NCBI GenBank assembly: GCA_964432215.1
Contig: CAYSMP010000001.1
Coordinates: 2,292 to 66,291 of the forward strand
DNA: 64,000 nucleotides
DNA from: an uncultured Sangeribacter sp.
GTDB taxonomy: Bacteria; Bacteroidota; Bacteroidia; Bacteroidales; Muribaculaceae
Direction: 5' to 3'
The notes under the pieces were generated by a model. It was not told the origin of the DNA and ran no database searches. It was given only the letters and a program-made list of their open reading frames with translations. Numbering within the stretch: position 1 is the first letter of the stretch; each line of letters begins with the position of its first letter. Positions 31,167 to 40,779 of this stretch are shown piece after piece. Both the position numbers and the translations under genes were made by a program.

Positions 31167-31642
31167 CTTTCAAGAATTTTATAGTTTTCACTGATTCTCT
31201 TTCTCGCCCTGCACATCTGAGTTCTTACAGCGCCTTCCGTCATGTTTAATTGTTGGGCAATTTCTTTGTATTCCATTGAATAATGAACTGCTAACATGTA
31301 TATCTTGCGTTGTTCTTGAGTCAGGCCAACAGTAAGCAATGACTCAAGATGTTCCATATCCTCTCCTGAAGACGGCTCAACATTCATCGAAATTGTATGC
31401 TTGTCTTCCAATTCGACTGTCTTTTTTCGTCTTAATCGATCAATACATACATTTCGTAAAACGACAAAAAGTTTCGATGAAGCTTCAGAATCACTTTCCA
31501 CATCGTCCGTCTTCCATAATTTGAGGAAGACGTCCTGCAACGCGTCTCTTGCATCCTCATCATCTTTGAGGAATGCAAGAGCACTTCGATGTAGTCGGTC
31601 ACGGAGCGCTATAAACGAGGATGTCAGATGATCTTTCTTCAT
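31163..31642 (-). CDS. ECF RNA polymerase sigma-70 factor
   Basis: DARDALQDVFLKLW (region 2) and YKEIAQQLNMTEGAVRTQMCRARKRI (region 4). Start moved to ATG 31642. Confidence 0.92.
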   Translation of the reverse strand: MKKDHLTSSFIALRDRLHRSALAFLKDDEDARDALQDVFLKLWKTDDVESDSEASSKLFVVLRNVCIDRLRRKKTVELEDKHTISMNVEPSSGEDMEHLESLLTVGLTQEQRKIYMLAVHYSMEYKEIAQQLNMTEGAVRTQMCRARKRISENYKILER

Positions 31643-31658
31643 ATGCTTACTTCTAAAA

Positions 31659-31684
31659 TACGAAGAAGCGAGCAGTTTGTTACA
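31659..31684 (-). promoter_or_regulatory. Candidate ECF-type autoregulatory promoter TGTAAC-N16-CGTA
   Basis: AAC (-35) and CGT (-10) ECF signature 17 bp upstream of the sigma start. A sigmaA TATATTTG lies at 31696-31703. Confidence 0.55.
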
Positions 31685-31830
31685 GAAAAACTTTGCAAAT
31701 ATACTTTTTTTATTTGAATTGGACAACAATATCTAGGAAATGTTTCTGAAATAATTGATGACCTACCGGGCCTAATGATGGTATGCTTTATTTTTATAGA
31801 TTTTTCTTTGGTATGTACTGAATAAATCAT

Positions 31831-31838
31831 TAAATTTG
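31831..31838 (+). promoter_or_regulatory. sigmaA -7 element (TAAATTTG), with TTTG -33 at 31807-31810
   Basis: Consensus match upstream of the GH28 gene. Confidence 0.6.
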
Positions 31839-31860
31839 CAATCAATAAACCTTATTTACC

Positions 31861-33216
31861 ATGAAATATCATTTACTTCTATCTCTCATAGTTCTTTCAA
31901 ATCTTTCTTTGAGTGCGCATACCTTCAATATATATGACTATGGAGCTATAAGCGACACAACGAAACTCTCTACAATTGCAATTCAGAAGGCCATTGACGA
32001 ATGCCACTTGGCCGGTGGAGGCAGGGTGTTGGTACCTACAGGTGACTTTAAAACAGGATCACTTCAGCTTAAAAGTAATGTGCACCTTTATCTTGAGGAA
32101 GGTGCTACCCTATATGGAAGCACTGACATAGAAGATTATATTCCATTTACAAGTAGCTACGTATCTTTGCGTACGGGGATTCCAACCATCCAATTGATTT
32201 ACGCTGATTCTGTGGAAAATGTTTCCATTACTGGTTTCGGAACAATCGATGGTCGTGGAAAAGCTTTCCCGAAACTATCTTGGAATGATGAAGGCATTAC
32301 TCGGCCCCATCTGCTACGTATCATAAGAGGTAAAGATATAGTAGTGAAAGGAATCACCCTGAAGAACTCAGGATGCTGGATGCAGCATTATCTTGCATGC
32401 GATCGTCTGCGTGTAGATGGAATCACGGTTTTCAACAGAAATAACTACAACAACGATGCCCTTGACCTTGATGGTTGTCATGATGTAACCGTCACTAATA
32501 TGATAGCAGATTCTGATGATGATGCAATTACTCTTAAAAGTACATCGCCTCGACTTTGTGAAGATATTGTCATTTCAAATTGTGTGATCTCATCACATTG
32601 TAATGCTATAAAACTTGGTACTGAAACCAACGGAGGTTTCAGAAATATTATTATACGTGGTATTGCGGTCAAACCATCCTCCGATCAGTCTTCTCAATTT
32701 TTTGGGTATCCCGGAGGAAAAGGACATTCTGCGATTTCACTTGAGATAGTGGATGGAGGCACAATGCGAAACATTGATATCTCAGACATAACTATCAAAG
32801 GCACAGAGTCGCCAATCTTCATTCGCCTTGCTGATCGAGCGCGATCATATTCCAAAGATCATCCGGTAGAGAATATTGGGTCAATAAGTGGAGTAGTGCT
32901 TCACGATATTCTTATCGATGACGCGGGGCCGACAGGAAGCTCCATAACAGGCCTTACAGGACATCCTGTGACCAACATTCAACTACATGATATTAGAATA
33001 CGCCATGCAGGTGGCCAATCTAAGACTGACGCTCCTATAGATGAAAAGATAAAGGAATACCCTGAGGCAACTATGTGGGGCATTCTGCCTGCTCAAGGTT
33101 TTTGGCTCAATCATACTAAAGATATTTTCTTCCGCAATATTTATATAGAATCATACTCTCCGGACGTACGCCCGCTATTTGTCACTGATGACTCAGATAA
33201 TATTGTTATAGAATAA
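31861..33216 (+). CDS. Glycoside hydrolase family 28 (polygalacturonase-like)
   Basis: Signal peptide; NNDALD, SDDDAITLKS, AIKLGTE motifs. Confidence 0.9.
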   Translation: MKYHLLLSLIVLSNLSLSAHTFNIYDYGAISDTTKLSTIAIQKAIDECHLAGGGRVLVPTGDFKTGSLQLKSNVHLYLEEGATLYGSTDIEDYIPFTSSYVSLRTGIPTIQLIYADSVENVSITGFGTIDGRGKAFPKLSWNDEGITRPHLLRIIRGKDIVVKGITLKNSGCWMQHYLACDRLRVDGITVFNRNNYNNDALDLDGCHDVTVTNMIADSDDDAITLKSTSPRLCEDIVISNCVISSHCNAIKLGTETNGGFRNIIIRGIAVKPSSDQSSQFFGYPGGKGHSAISLEIVDGGTMRNIDISDITIKGTESPIFIRLADRARSYSKDHPVENIGSISGVVLHDILIDDAGPTGSSITGLTGHPVTNIQLHDIRIRHAGGQSKTDAPIDEKIKEYPEATMWGILPAQGFWLNHTKDIFFRNIYIESYSPDVRPLFVTDDSDNIVIE

Positions 33217-33346
33217 GTAGATCACACAACTGTATGGGTAATGTTAATAAAGCAACCTTGATGTTTATCATTGAATTACAAATGATTGCTCATGTATGAG
33301 ACTATGGATTACATTAGACCTAATGCATAACAAAATTGGATAAATG

Positions 33347-33382
33347 GAAAACGCCTGTCGAAGTTCTTCAACAGGCGTTTTC
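33347..33382. terminator. Intrinsic terminator between convergent GH28 and prfC
   Basis: GAAAACGCCTGT...ACAGGCGTTTTC 12-bp stem. Confidence 0.75.
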
Positions 33383-33401
33383 GTATTATTATAATTAATT
33401 G

Positions 33402-34985
33402 CTAAAATTCGCTCGAGAAATGGAAGTGAATTTTGGGGAAGTCGTTCTGGGCCATTTGGAGTACATAGTTACTGTCGGCCATGAAGACGTCTCTGCCATC
33501 TTTGTCTTTAGCCATATACTGGTATTTTCTCTTTTTAAAGGCTTCGAGGGCTTCTTGGTCGTCGCTTTCTATCCAACATGCTTTATATAAACTTATAGGT
33601 TCCCATCTACATTGTGCACCATATTCATGCAATAGGCGATATTGAATCACTTCAAACTGAAGTTGACCTACAGTCCCTATTATTTTTCGACCATTAAACT
33701 GATTCGTGAACATCTGTGCTACACCTTCATCCATGAGCTGATTGATACCTTTATCAAGCTGTTTGGCCTTCATTGGATCAGCGTTTTCAAGATATTTAAA
33801 CATCTCAGGCGAGAATGAAGGAAGGCCCTTGAAATGAAGTTGTTCGCCGGAAGTCAAAGTGTCTCCAATTTTGAAGTTGCCAGTGTCAGGAATGCCTACG
33901 ATATCTCCCGGATATGCCTCATCAACGATGCTCTTTTTTTGTGCCATGAAGGCAGTAGGAGCAGCAAACTTCATCATCTTGTTGTGACGGACATGTTTGT
34001 AGTTGACATTTCTCTCAAATTTACCACTACATATTTTTACGAATGCAATACAGCTGCGATGGTTTGGATCCATATTGGCATGAATTTTAAAAACGAATCC
34101 TGTGAATCCTTCTTCTCTTGGATCCACTGTACGCTCTTCTGCATCGATTGGAAGTGGTGCCGGCGCTATCTCACAGAAGCAGTCAAGAAGTTCCTTTACA
34201 CCAAATGTGTTGAGTGCCGATCCAAAGAAGACGGGTGCCACTTCACCACGAAGATAAGCTTCCTTATCAAACTCTGGATATACACCTTCTATAAGCTCCA
34301 AGTCTTCACGAAGCTTAGCTGCATCTGTCTCTCCAACGAGTTCATCAACTTTTGGGGAGTTTACATCCTCAATTTCTACTCGCTCGCTTATAGTCTGCTT
34401 GGATGGAGTGAAAAGATCAAGACCATGCTCATATATATTATAGACGCCTTTGAATTTCTCACCTATGTTGATTGGCCATGAAAGAGGACGGACTGATATC
34501 TTCAGCTCCTGCTCAAGTTCATCGAGAATGTCAAAAGGATCACGTCCTTCTCTATCAAGTTTATTGACAAAAATAATTACAGGGGTCTTTCTCATGCGGC
34601 AAACTTCCATCAATCGACGGGTTTGGGTCTCCACACCTTTGGCTACGTCTACCACGATGATTACAGAATCAACAGCAGTCAGGGTGCGGAATGTATCTTC
34701 GGCAAAATCCTGATGACCGGGAGTGTCAAGAATATTTATCTTGTAGTCTTTATAGTTGAATCCCATCACGGAAGTGGCAACCGAGATACCACGTTGTTTC
34801 TCGATCTCCATCCAGTCAGATGTAGCGGTTTTTTTGATCTTATTGCTTTTTACAGCGCCAGCCACATGTATCGCGCCTCCAAAAAGCAGAAGTTTCTCAG
34901 TCAATGTTGTCTTTCCTGCATCCGGGTGCGAAATTATGGCAAATGTACGCCTTCTCGCTATTTCTTTATTCAATTCTTCCGACAT
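33402..34985 (-). CDS. prfC: Peptide chain release factor 3
   Basis: [28 protein letters not shown]. Start at MSEEL. Confidence 0.97.
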   Translation of the reverse strand: MSEELNKEIARRRTFAIISHPDAGKTTLTEKLLLFGGAIHVAGAVKSNKIKKTATSDWMEIEKQRGISVATSVMGFNYKDYKINILDTPGHQDFAEDTFRTLTAVDSVIIVVDVAKGVETQTRRLMEVCRMRKTPVIIFVNKLDREGRDPFDILDELEQELKISVRPLSWPINIGEKFKGVYNIYEHGLDLFTPSKQTISERVEIEDVNSPKVDELVGETDAAKLREDLELIEGVYPEFDKEAYLRGEVAPVFFGSALNTFGVKELLDCFCEIAPAPLPIDAEERTVDPREEGFTGFVFKIHANMDPNHRSCIAFVKICSGKFERNVNYKHVRHNKMMKFAAPTAFMAQKKSIVDEAYPGDIVGIPDTGNFKIGDTLTSGEQLHFKGLPSFSPEMFKYLENADPMKAKQLDKGINQLMDEGVAQMFTNQFNGRKIIGTVGQLQFEVIQYRLLHEYGAQCRWEPISLYKACWIESDDQEALEAFKKRKYQYMAKDKDGRDVFMADSNYVLQMAQNDFPKIHFHFSSEF

Positions 34986-34995
34986 AACAGATGCT

Positions 34996-35544
34996 TTATT
35001 CGAGTTTAAGCTCGTTGTTGAAGTCTTTTTTATAATATTGTGCAAGAGTGCCTAAGAAATGGGAAACCTCATTTGCAGCTTCGAGGGTTTCTTTGGATAT
35101 TTCTTTTCCTTGTATCTTTAACATAAGGATACCATAAAGGAAATTGAAAAGAGTCTCCATTTCACCTGTCTTGTTATCACCAGATTTTGATCGGAGTTCT
35201 ACTATTAAAGGAAGTACCTTATAATATTCTGCGGCATATTTTGCATACTTAGGGTCCTTTACCAGTCTTGAGTTGAGATCGTCGAGGGCAAGGATGACGT
35301 TTTTGTTAAGTTGAAGGTGCCCTTTTTCCACAACGCCTTCGCGGCGCATCATATCGATGAGAGATTCGTACCATTCCGTCATCTCTTTGCGTTGTTCTTC
35401 TGTAAGACCTTCATGCTTATCAACTATGCTTTCTTGAATGCGGTCAAGATCAAGGCCAAAAGCCCTGATTAAATCTTCAATCTGCCACATATAGAGCAGA
35501 TATTCCGCGATATTTTCTCTTTTTTTCTGCGATGCTGTAATCAT
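34996..35544 (-). CDS. DUF4924 family protein
   Basis: [23 protein letters not shown]-terminus. Confidence 0.8.
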   Translation of the reverse strand: MITASQKKRENIAEYLLYMWQIEDLIRAFGLDLDRIQESIVDKHEGLTEEQRKEMTEWYESLIDMMRREGVVEKGHLQLNKNVILALDDLNSRLVKDPKYAKYAAEYYKVLPLIVELRSKSGDNKTGEMETLFNFLYGILMLKIQGKEISKETLEAANEVSHFLGTLAQYYKKDFNNELKLE

Positions 35545-35548
35545 GCTG

Positions 35549-35556
35549 CAAAATTA
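35549..35556 (-). promoter_or_regulatory. sigmaA -7 element (TAATTTTG) only 4 nt before the DUF4924 ATG
   Basis: TAATTTTG-CAGC-ATG on the minus strand. Confidence 0.6.
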
Positions 35557-35704
35557 CAAAAAGTCGTTCGATTCTGCAATTTTAATTTTATTTATTTTCT
35601 TTATGATAGATTTTACGTTTGTATTGTTATATAATTATGCAGTATATTTGCAAAAATATACAATACTGCAAAGATTATTTAATAACCATTAATACGATTT
35701 TTCG

Positions 35705-37066
35705 ATGGAATCAAAAAAATTTATTCTTCAAGAAAAGGACATACCTACTGCATGGTACAATATAGTAGCTGACATGCCGATCAAGCCTAAGCCTATGATT
35801 AATCCTCAGTCAGGGGAAGCTTTGAAGGCGGAGGATCTAATGCCACTCTTTTCTAAAGAAGCGTCTCTTCAAGAGATGAACGATACAGACCGGTTTATAG
35901 AAATTCCGGAAGAAGTGCGTGAGATGTATAAGATATATCGTCCAACTCCGCTTGTCAGAGCGAAAGGACTTGAAAAAGCACTTGGCACCAAGGCTCACAT
36001 CTATTTCAAGAATGAGAGTGTCAGTCCAGTCGGCAGCCATAAGCTAAATTCAGCCATTCCCCAGGCATATTACTGCAAAAAGGAAGGGGTGACAAATATA
36101 ACGACTGAGACTGGAGCCGGACAATGGGGAGCGGCTCTATCGCTTGCCGCAAAGCATTTTGGACTCAATCTTGCGGTATATATGGTTAAGGTTTCGTTCA
36201 ATCAGAAACCATACCGCCGCTCGATAATGCAGACTTACGGTGCTGAAGTGATTGCTTCTCCCTCTATGTCGACTAAGGCTGGACGTAAGATAATTACTGA
36301 GAATCCCAATTATCAAGGTTCACTTGGCACAGCGATTTCAGAAGCAGTTGAGCTCGCTATGGCAACTGAGAATTGTAAATATGTATTAGGTTCTGTCTTA
36401 AACCATGTTGCCCTTCATCAGACGGTAATTGGTCTTGAAGCTGAAAAGCAAATGGAGATGGCGGGAGAGTACCCCGACATTGTAATCGGATGCTTTGGAG
36501 GAGGAAGCAATTTCTCCGGGATATCTTTTCCATTCATGCGACATAACTTCAGCGGAGAACGTAATACTCGTTTTATCGCAGCAGAACCTGAGTCATGTCC
36601 GAAGCTGACTCGCGGAAAACTTCGCTACGATTTCGGTGATGAGGCAGGTTATACTCCTATGATTCCCATGTACACTTTGGGGCATGATTTCGCGCCTGCC
36701 AATATACATGCCGGTGGATTGCGCTATCATGGTGCTGGTTCAGTCGTAAGTCAGCTTAAAAGTCAAGACCTAATGGAGGCTATAGACATACCTCAACTTG
36801 AAACCTTCGCGGCCGCAACTCTATTTGCACAGACAGAAGGTATAATTCCTGCCCCCGAAAGTTCTCACGCAATCGCTGCCGCTATTCGGGAAGCAAAGAA
36901 GGCAAACGAAGAGGGGACGTCCCCTGTGATTTTATTCAATCTTTCAGGCCACGGACTCATTGATATGGCTGCATATGATAGCTATATCTCAGGAGATCTT
37001 GCAAATTATCAGGTCTCAGATGAATTGATTGAGAAAAACACTGAAACACTGAAAAAGATAAAGTAA
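35705..37066 (+). CDS. trpB2: Tryptophan synthase beta chain type 2 (TrpB2)
   Basis: GSHKLN (PLP Lys), TETGAGQWG, GGGSNF, HAGGLRYHG, PAPESSHA, NLSGHG; stand-alone, no trpA. Confidence 0.92.
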   Translation: MESKKFILQEKDIPTAWYNIVADMPIKPKPMINPQSGEALKAEDLMPLFSKEASLQEMNDTDRFIEIPEEVREMYKIYRPTPLVRAKGLEKALGTKAHIYFKNESVSPVGSHKLNSAIPQAYYCKKEGVTNITTETGAGQWGAALSLAAKHFGLNLAVYMVKVSFNQKPYRRSIMQTYGAEVIASPSMSTKAGRKIITENPNYQGSLGTAISEAVELAMATENCKYVLGSVLNHVALHQTVIGLEAEKQMEMAGEYPDIVIGCFGGGSNFSGISFPFMRHNFSGERNTRFIAAEPESCPKLTRGKLRYDFGDEAGYTPMIPMYTLGHDFAPANIHAGGLRYHGAGSVVSQLKSQDLMEAIDIPQLETFAAATLFAQTEGIIPAPESSHAIAAAIREAKKANEEGTSPVILFNLSGHGLIDMAAYDSYISGDLANYQVSDELIEKNTETLKKIK

Positions 37067-37094
37067 AATCAATTAAAAGATAGTATTGCTAAAA

Positions 37095-37119
37095 AGGGAC
37101 ACACCAGCCGTGTGTCCCT
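37095..37119. terminator. Terminator between convergent trpB2 and serA
   Basis: AGGGACACAC-5 nt-GTGTGTCCCT stem with an A-run on the left. Confidence 0.75.
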
Positions 37120-37144
37120 ATTAAGGTTATATGGTAATCTATTG

Positions 37145-38062
37145 TTATTTATTTACTTGATATTTGTTCCATCCGTCTTTTAGATAGGCGAGAGCCTGTT
37201 CAGCAGCTGCGACGCCTGCGTTGAAGTTGGCTTCAGCAGTCTGAGCGCCCATCTTTTTAGGTGTGAAGAATACACGAGCTCCGAAACGCTTTTCGAATTC
37301 CTCTGCAGTGTCAGGCTTGATATCGCTCACATAGCGGAGATCTGGACGTTCTTCGAGAGCCTTCATGAGTCCTTCTTCGTCGATTACTTCCTTGCGAGCA
37401 GTATTGACAAGAACTCCTCCTTTGGGCATCTTCATTACTAAGTCATAGCCTATGCTCTTCTTAGTCTCAGGAGTTGCAGGAATATGAAGTGAGACGAAAT
37501 CATTCTCAGAGAAGAGATTATCGACATCATGAATTGGACGGACACCTTCAGCTACCATAACATCGTCACTTACAAACTTATCAAGAGCGGAAATCTTCAT
37601 TCCAAATCCTTTTGCAATTCGTGCTACGTTTCGTCCAACTTGTCCGAAAGCATATATACCCAGGTTCTTATCCTTAAGCTCAGAGCCTGACTTGCCATTA
37701 TATTGGTTACGACACATCATGACTACCATACCAAAGACAAGTTCAGCTACTGCATTGGAGTTCTGCCCCGGAGTATTCATTACGCATATACCATGTTTGG
37801 TGGCTGCATCAAGGTCTATATTGTCGTAGCCTGCACCTGCTCGAACGATTACCTTAAGTTTTGGAGCTGCCTCCATAACGTCAGCATCTATTTTGTCACT
37901 TCTTACTATGAGTGCATCTGCATCTTTGACAGCCTCAAGAAGATCTTCTCGGGTACCCATTTCCACGAGTTTCAGCTCGTTGCCACTTGAGTCAACGGTG
38001 TTTGCAATAGCTTTCACAGCATTTGCGGCGAAAGGCTTTTCGGTAAATACCAGTATCTTCAT
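37145..38062 (-). CDS. serA: D-3-phosphoglycerate dehydrogenase (short form)
   Basis: RAGAGYDNID, NTPGQNSNAVAE, FGQVG, VNTAR; directly downstream of serC. Confidence 0.85.
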   Translation of the reverse strand: MKILVFTEKPFAANAVKAIANTVDSSGNELKLVEMGTREDLLEAVKDADALIVRSDKIDADVMEAAPKLKVIVRAGAGYDNIDLDAATKHGICVMNTPGQNSNAVAELVFGMVVMMCRNQYNGKSGSELKDKNLGIYAFGQVGRNVARIAKGFGMKISALDKFVSDDVMVAEGVRPIHDVDNLFSENDFVSLHIPATPETKKSIGYDLVMKMPKGGVLVNTARKEVIDEEGLMKALEERPDLRYVSDIKPDTAEEFEKRFGARVFFTPKKMGAQTAEANFNAGVAAAEQALAYLKDGWNKYQVNK

Positions 38063-38084
38063 GTTTTAGTTTTTTCAATAGAAA

Positions 38085-38112
38085 TGAGTCTGGTAGGAGA
38101 GTGCCAGACTCA
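38085..38112. other. Intercistronic hairpin between serC and serA
   Basis: TGAGTCTGG...CCAGACTCA 9-bp stem. Confidence 0.55.
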
Positions 38113-38120
38113 AATAATTT

Positions 38121-39191
38121 TTAGTGAAGTGATTCAAATTCATGCATGCATTCTATGAGGGCCTCTACCGACTCCATTGGAAGAGCGTTGTAGAGGGAAG
38201 CACGGAAGCCACCAACGTCGCGATGTCCCTTGATACCCATAATGCCCTTCGATGTCGCGAAGTCGATGAAATCCTTCTCAAACTCTGCGTATTCCGGCTT
38301 CATTACGAAGCATACATTCATTATAGAACGTGATTCCTTATCCTGAACAGTTGCAACGAACATCTTACTTGTATCAATTGCCTCATAAAGTCTTTCAGCC
38401 TTAGCAAGGTCCATCTTCTCAATCTCTTTAATACCTCCAAGGCTCTTGTAGTATTTCAAAGTCTGGAGAGCTGCGAAGATGGGGAGAACCGGGGGGGTAT
38501 TGAACATAGAACCCTTGTCAACATGTGTTTTGTATTTGAGCATGGTAGGAATCACGCGGCTTACTTTGTCAAGAGCTGCGTCTTTAACAATGCAGATGGT
38601 CACTCCAGAGGGGGCAAGATTCTTCTGTGCACCTGCATAAATAAGATCATACTTGCTTACATCGACAGGACGCGAGAAGATGTCAGAACTCATATCGCAG
38701 ATCATAGGCACCGGGACCTCAGGATCTTTGCGGATCTCTGTTCCGTAGATAGTATTGTTAGAAGTATAGTGGAAATAGTCGGCATCAGCGGGAACGGTCC
38801 ACCCTGTCGGGATTACAGTATATTTTGAATCTTTGCCTGATGCCACAACATCAACCTCTCCAAAGAGCTTTGCCTCTTTGATAGCCTTGGATGCCCACAC
38901 GCCGGTGTCAAGATATGCTGCCTTAGTATTAAGGAAGTTCATAGGAGCCATAGCAAACTGAAGACTTGCGCCTCCACCAAGGAAAAGGACACTATAGCCT
39001 TCGGGAACTTCCAAAAGTTCCTTTACAAGAGCTACTGCTTCATCAACAACAGCTTGAAATTGTTTGCTGCGGTGTGAGATTTCAAGGATCGAAAGACCCA
39101 TATCAGCGAAATCGATGATAGCGTCCGCTGTATTCTTGATGGTGTACTGGCTCAAAATTGATGGGCCGGCATAGAAATTGTGTTTCTTCAT
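38121..39191 (-). CDS. serC: Phosphoserine aminotransferase
   Basis: [41 protein letters not shown]. Confidence 0.97.
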   Translation of the reverse strand: MKKHNFYAGPSILSQYTIKNTADAIIDFADMGLSILEISHRSKQFQAVVDEAVALVKELLEVPEGYSVLFLGGGASLQFAMAPMNFLNTKAAYLDTGVWASKAIKEAKLFGEVDVVASGKDSKYTVIPTGWTVPADADYFHYTSNNTIYGTEIRKDPEVPVPMICDMSSDIFSRPVDVSKYDLIYAGAQKNLAPSGVTICIVKDAALDKVSRVIPTMLKYKTHVDKGSMFNTPPVLPIFAALQTLKYYKSLGGIKEIEKMDLAKAERLYEAIDTSKMFVATVQDKESRSIMNVCFVMKPEYAEFEKDFIDFATSKGIMGIKGHRDVGGFRASLYNALPMESVEALIECMHEFESLH

Positions 39192-39246
39192 CTTTTTAGC
39201 ATTTTGATTGTGACTAATTAGAAGAGAGAATTATTAAACTCTGGTG

Positions 39247-39254
39247 CAAATTTA
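39247..39254 (-). promoter_or_regulatory. sigmaA -7 element (TAAATTTG) upstream of serC
   Basis: Consensus match. Confidence 0.55.
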
Positions 39255-39373
39255 ACCAAAATGTATCAATTTGCCAAATTTTATTGGTGGTATTTTGTGA
39301 GGTTTGTTATGTTTTATAACATATTGAAGATTGTCATGCTTATGTTGAGACTTTATTTAGCAGACGATGGTGG

Positions 39374-40759
39374 TCAAATGGTCTGTTGCTTAAGTTTCTC
39401 CACATATTGGTCAATACGGTGTAATTCTCCTGGAATATCTATTTCCTGTGGACAATGTGGGGCACATTGTCCACAACCAATGCAGTGACTTGCTTGTCGT
39501 AGTTTTGGCACTGAACGGTCGTATCCCACTAGATAGGCTCTTCGTGCTTTTGCATAGTTAGGCGACAGGCTCGAAGTAGGAATATTATCTTCGTTTACGC
39601 ACTTGTTGTAGTGAAGTAAATTGGCAGGAATATCAATTCCATATGGGCATGGCATACAGTACTTGCAGTCGTTGCAAGGCACTGTAGGGTATTGCTTCAT
39701 AATGTCAGCTGTCTCCTGAAGAAATTCTAAATCATCTTCCTTAAGAGGATGTAGGGGGCTATAGGTATTAAGATTATCTTCAAGATGCTCCATGTATGTC
39801 ATACCGCTCAATACGGTAAGTACATCTGGATGAGTACCAGCAAAACGGAATGCCCATGATGCCACACTCTCTTCAGGATTTCGCTGTTTGAGCCTATTGG
39901 CGATATTGTCTGGAACTTTAGCGAGTCGACCGCCTAAAAGAGGCTCCATTATTACAGCTGGAATATCACGTTTCTCAAGCTCATCGTAAAGATAATGAGC
40001 GTTGACACTCAGAGGTTCTTCTTCCTTGGAGCGTTTCCAGTCTAAGTAATTAAGTTGTATCTGTACAAAGTCCCATTTATACTCATCGTGCTTAGAAAGA
40101 AGATAATTAAACACCTCTATGTCGCCATGATATGAAAACCCGAGATTTCTAATATGTCCTTTTTCCCGTTCTTGAAGAAGAAAATCGAGAATTCCATTAT
40201 CTATGTATCTTTTATTAAGATTATCTAAGCCTCCTCCTCCGACAGCATGTAGAAGCATATAATCGATGTAATCAGTTTGAAGCTCCTTAAGAGAATTCTG
40301 ATACATAGCAATTGAAGCCTCTCTTGACTGAGTCTGAGGAGCAAAATTTGACAGCTTTGTAGCTATGTAGTAGCTTTCACGAGGATGTCGGCTCAAAGCC
40401 GTTCCTGTCGCACCTTCCGACTTACCTTTGCAATATGCAGGAGAAGTATCAAAATAGTTAACTCCATTTTCAAGAGCTGTATCGACGAGACGATTGATCA
40501 TTTCCTGATCAAGTTCTTCTTCACCTTCTTCTCCACCTTCAACAGGCTTAGTGGGCCACCGCATGCAACCGTAGCCAAGAATGGAGACTTGTTCTCCCGT
40601 TTTAGGATTAATGCGATATGTCATTTCTCCTTCTTTAGAATTAGAAGAAGATGTTATTGTTTTTTCGGTATTTTTACATCCGGCAATGGCAAGCCCGGTT
40701 AGAGATGTTCCTATACCAAGTCTCTTAAGAAATTCTCTACGATTTATTGAATTGCTCAT
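39374..40759 (-). CDS. Tat-exported (lipo)protein aldo/keto reductase with C-terminal 4Fe-4S dicluster
   Basis: NRREFLK...LAIAGC; LGYGCMR, YFDTSPAY, ATKL; CNDCKYCMPCP and CIGCGQCAPHCP. Confidence 0.88.
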   Translation of the reverse strand: MSNSINRREFLKRLGIGTSLTGLAIAGCKNTEKTITSSSNSKEGEMTYRINPKTGEQVSILGYGCMRWPTKPVEGGEEGEEELDQEMINRLVDTALENGVNYFDTSPAYCKGKSEGATGTALSRHPRESYYIATKLSNFAPQTQSREASIAMYQNSLKELQTDYIDYMLLHAVGGGGLDNLNKRYIDNGILDFLLQEREKGHIRNLGFSYHGDIEVFNYLLSKHDEYKWDFVQIQLNYLDWKRSKEEEPLSVNAHYLYDELEKRDIPAVIMEPLLGGRLAKVPDNIANRLKQRNPEESVASWAFRFAGTHPDVLTVLSGMTYMEHLEDNLNTYSPLHPLKEDDLEFLQETADIMKQYPTVPCNDCKYCMPCPYGIDIPANLLHYNKCVNEDNIPTSSLSPNYAKARRAYLVGYDRSVPKLRQASHCIGCGQCAPHCPQEIDIPGELHRIDQYVEKLKQQTI

Positions 40760-40779
40760 ATTAGATCAGTCATCAATCA

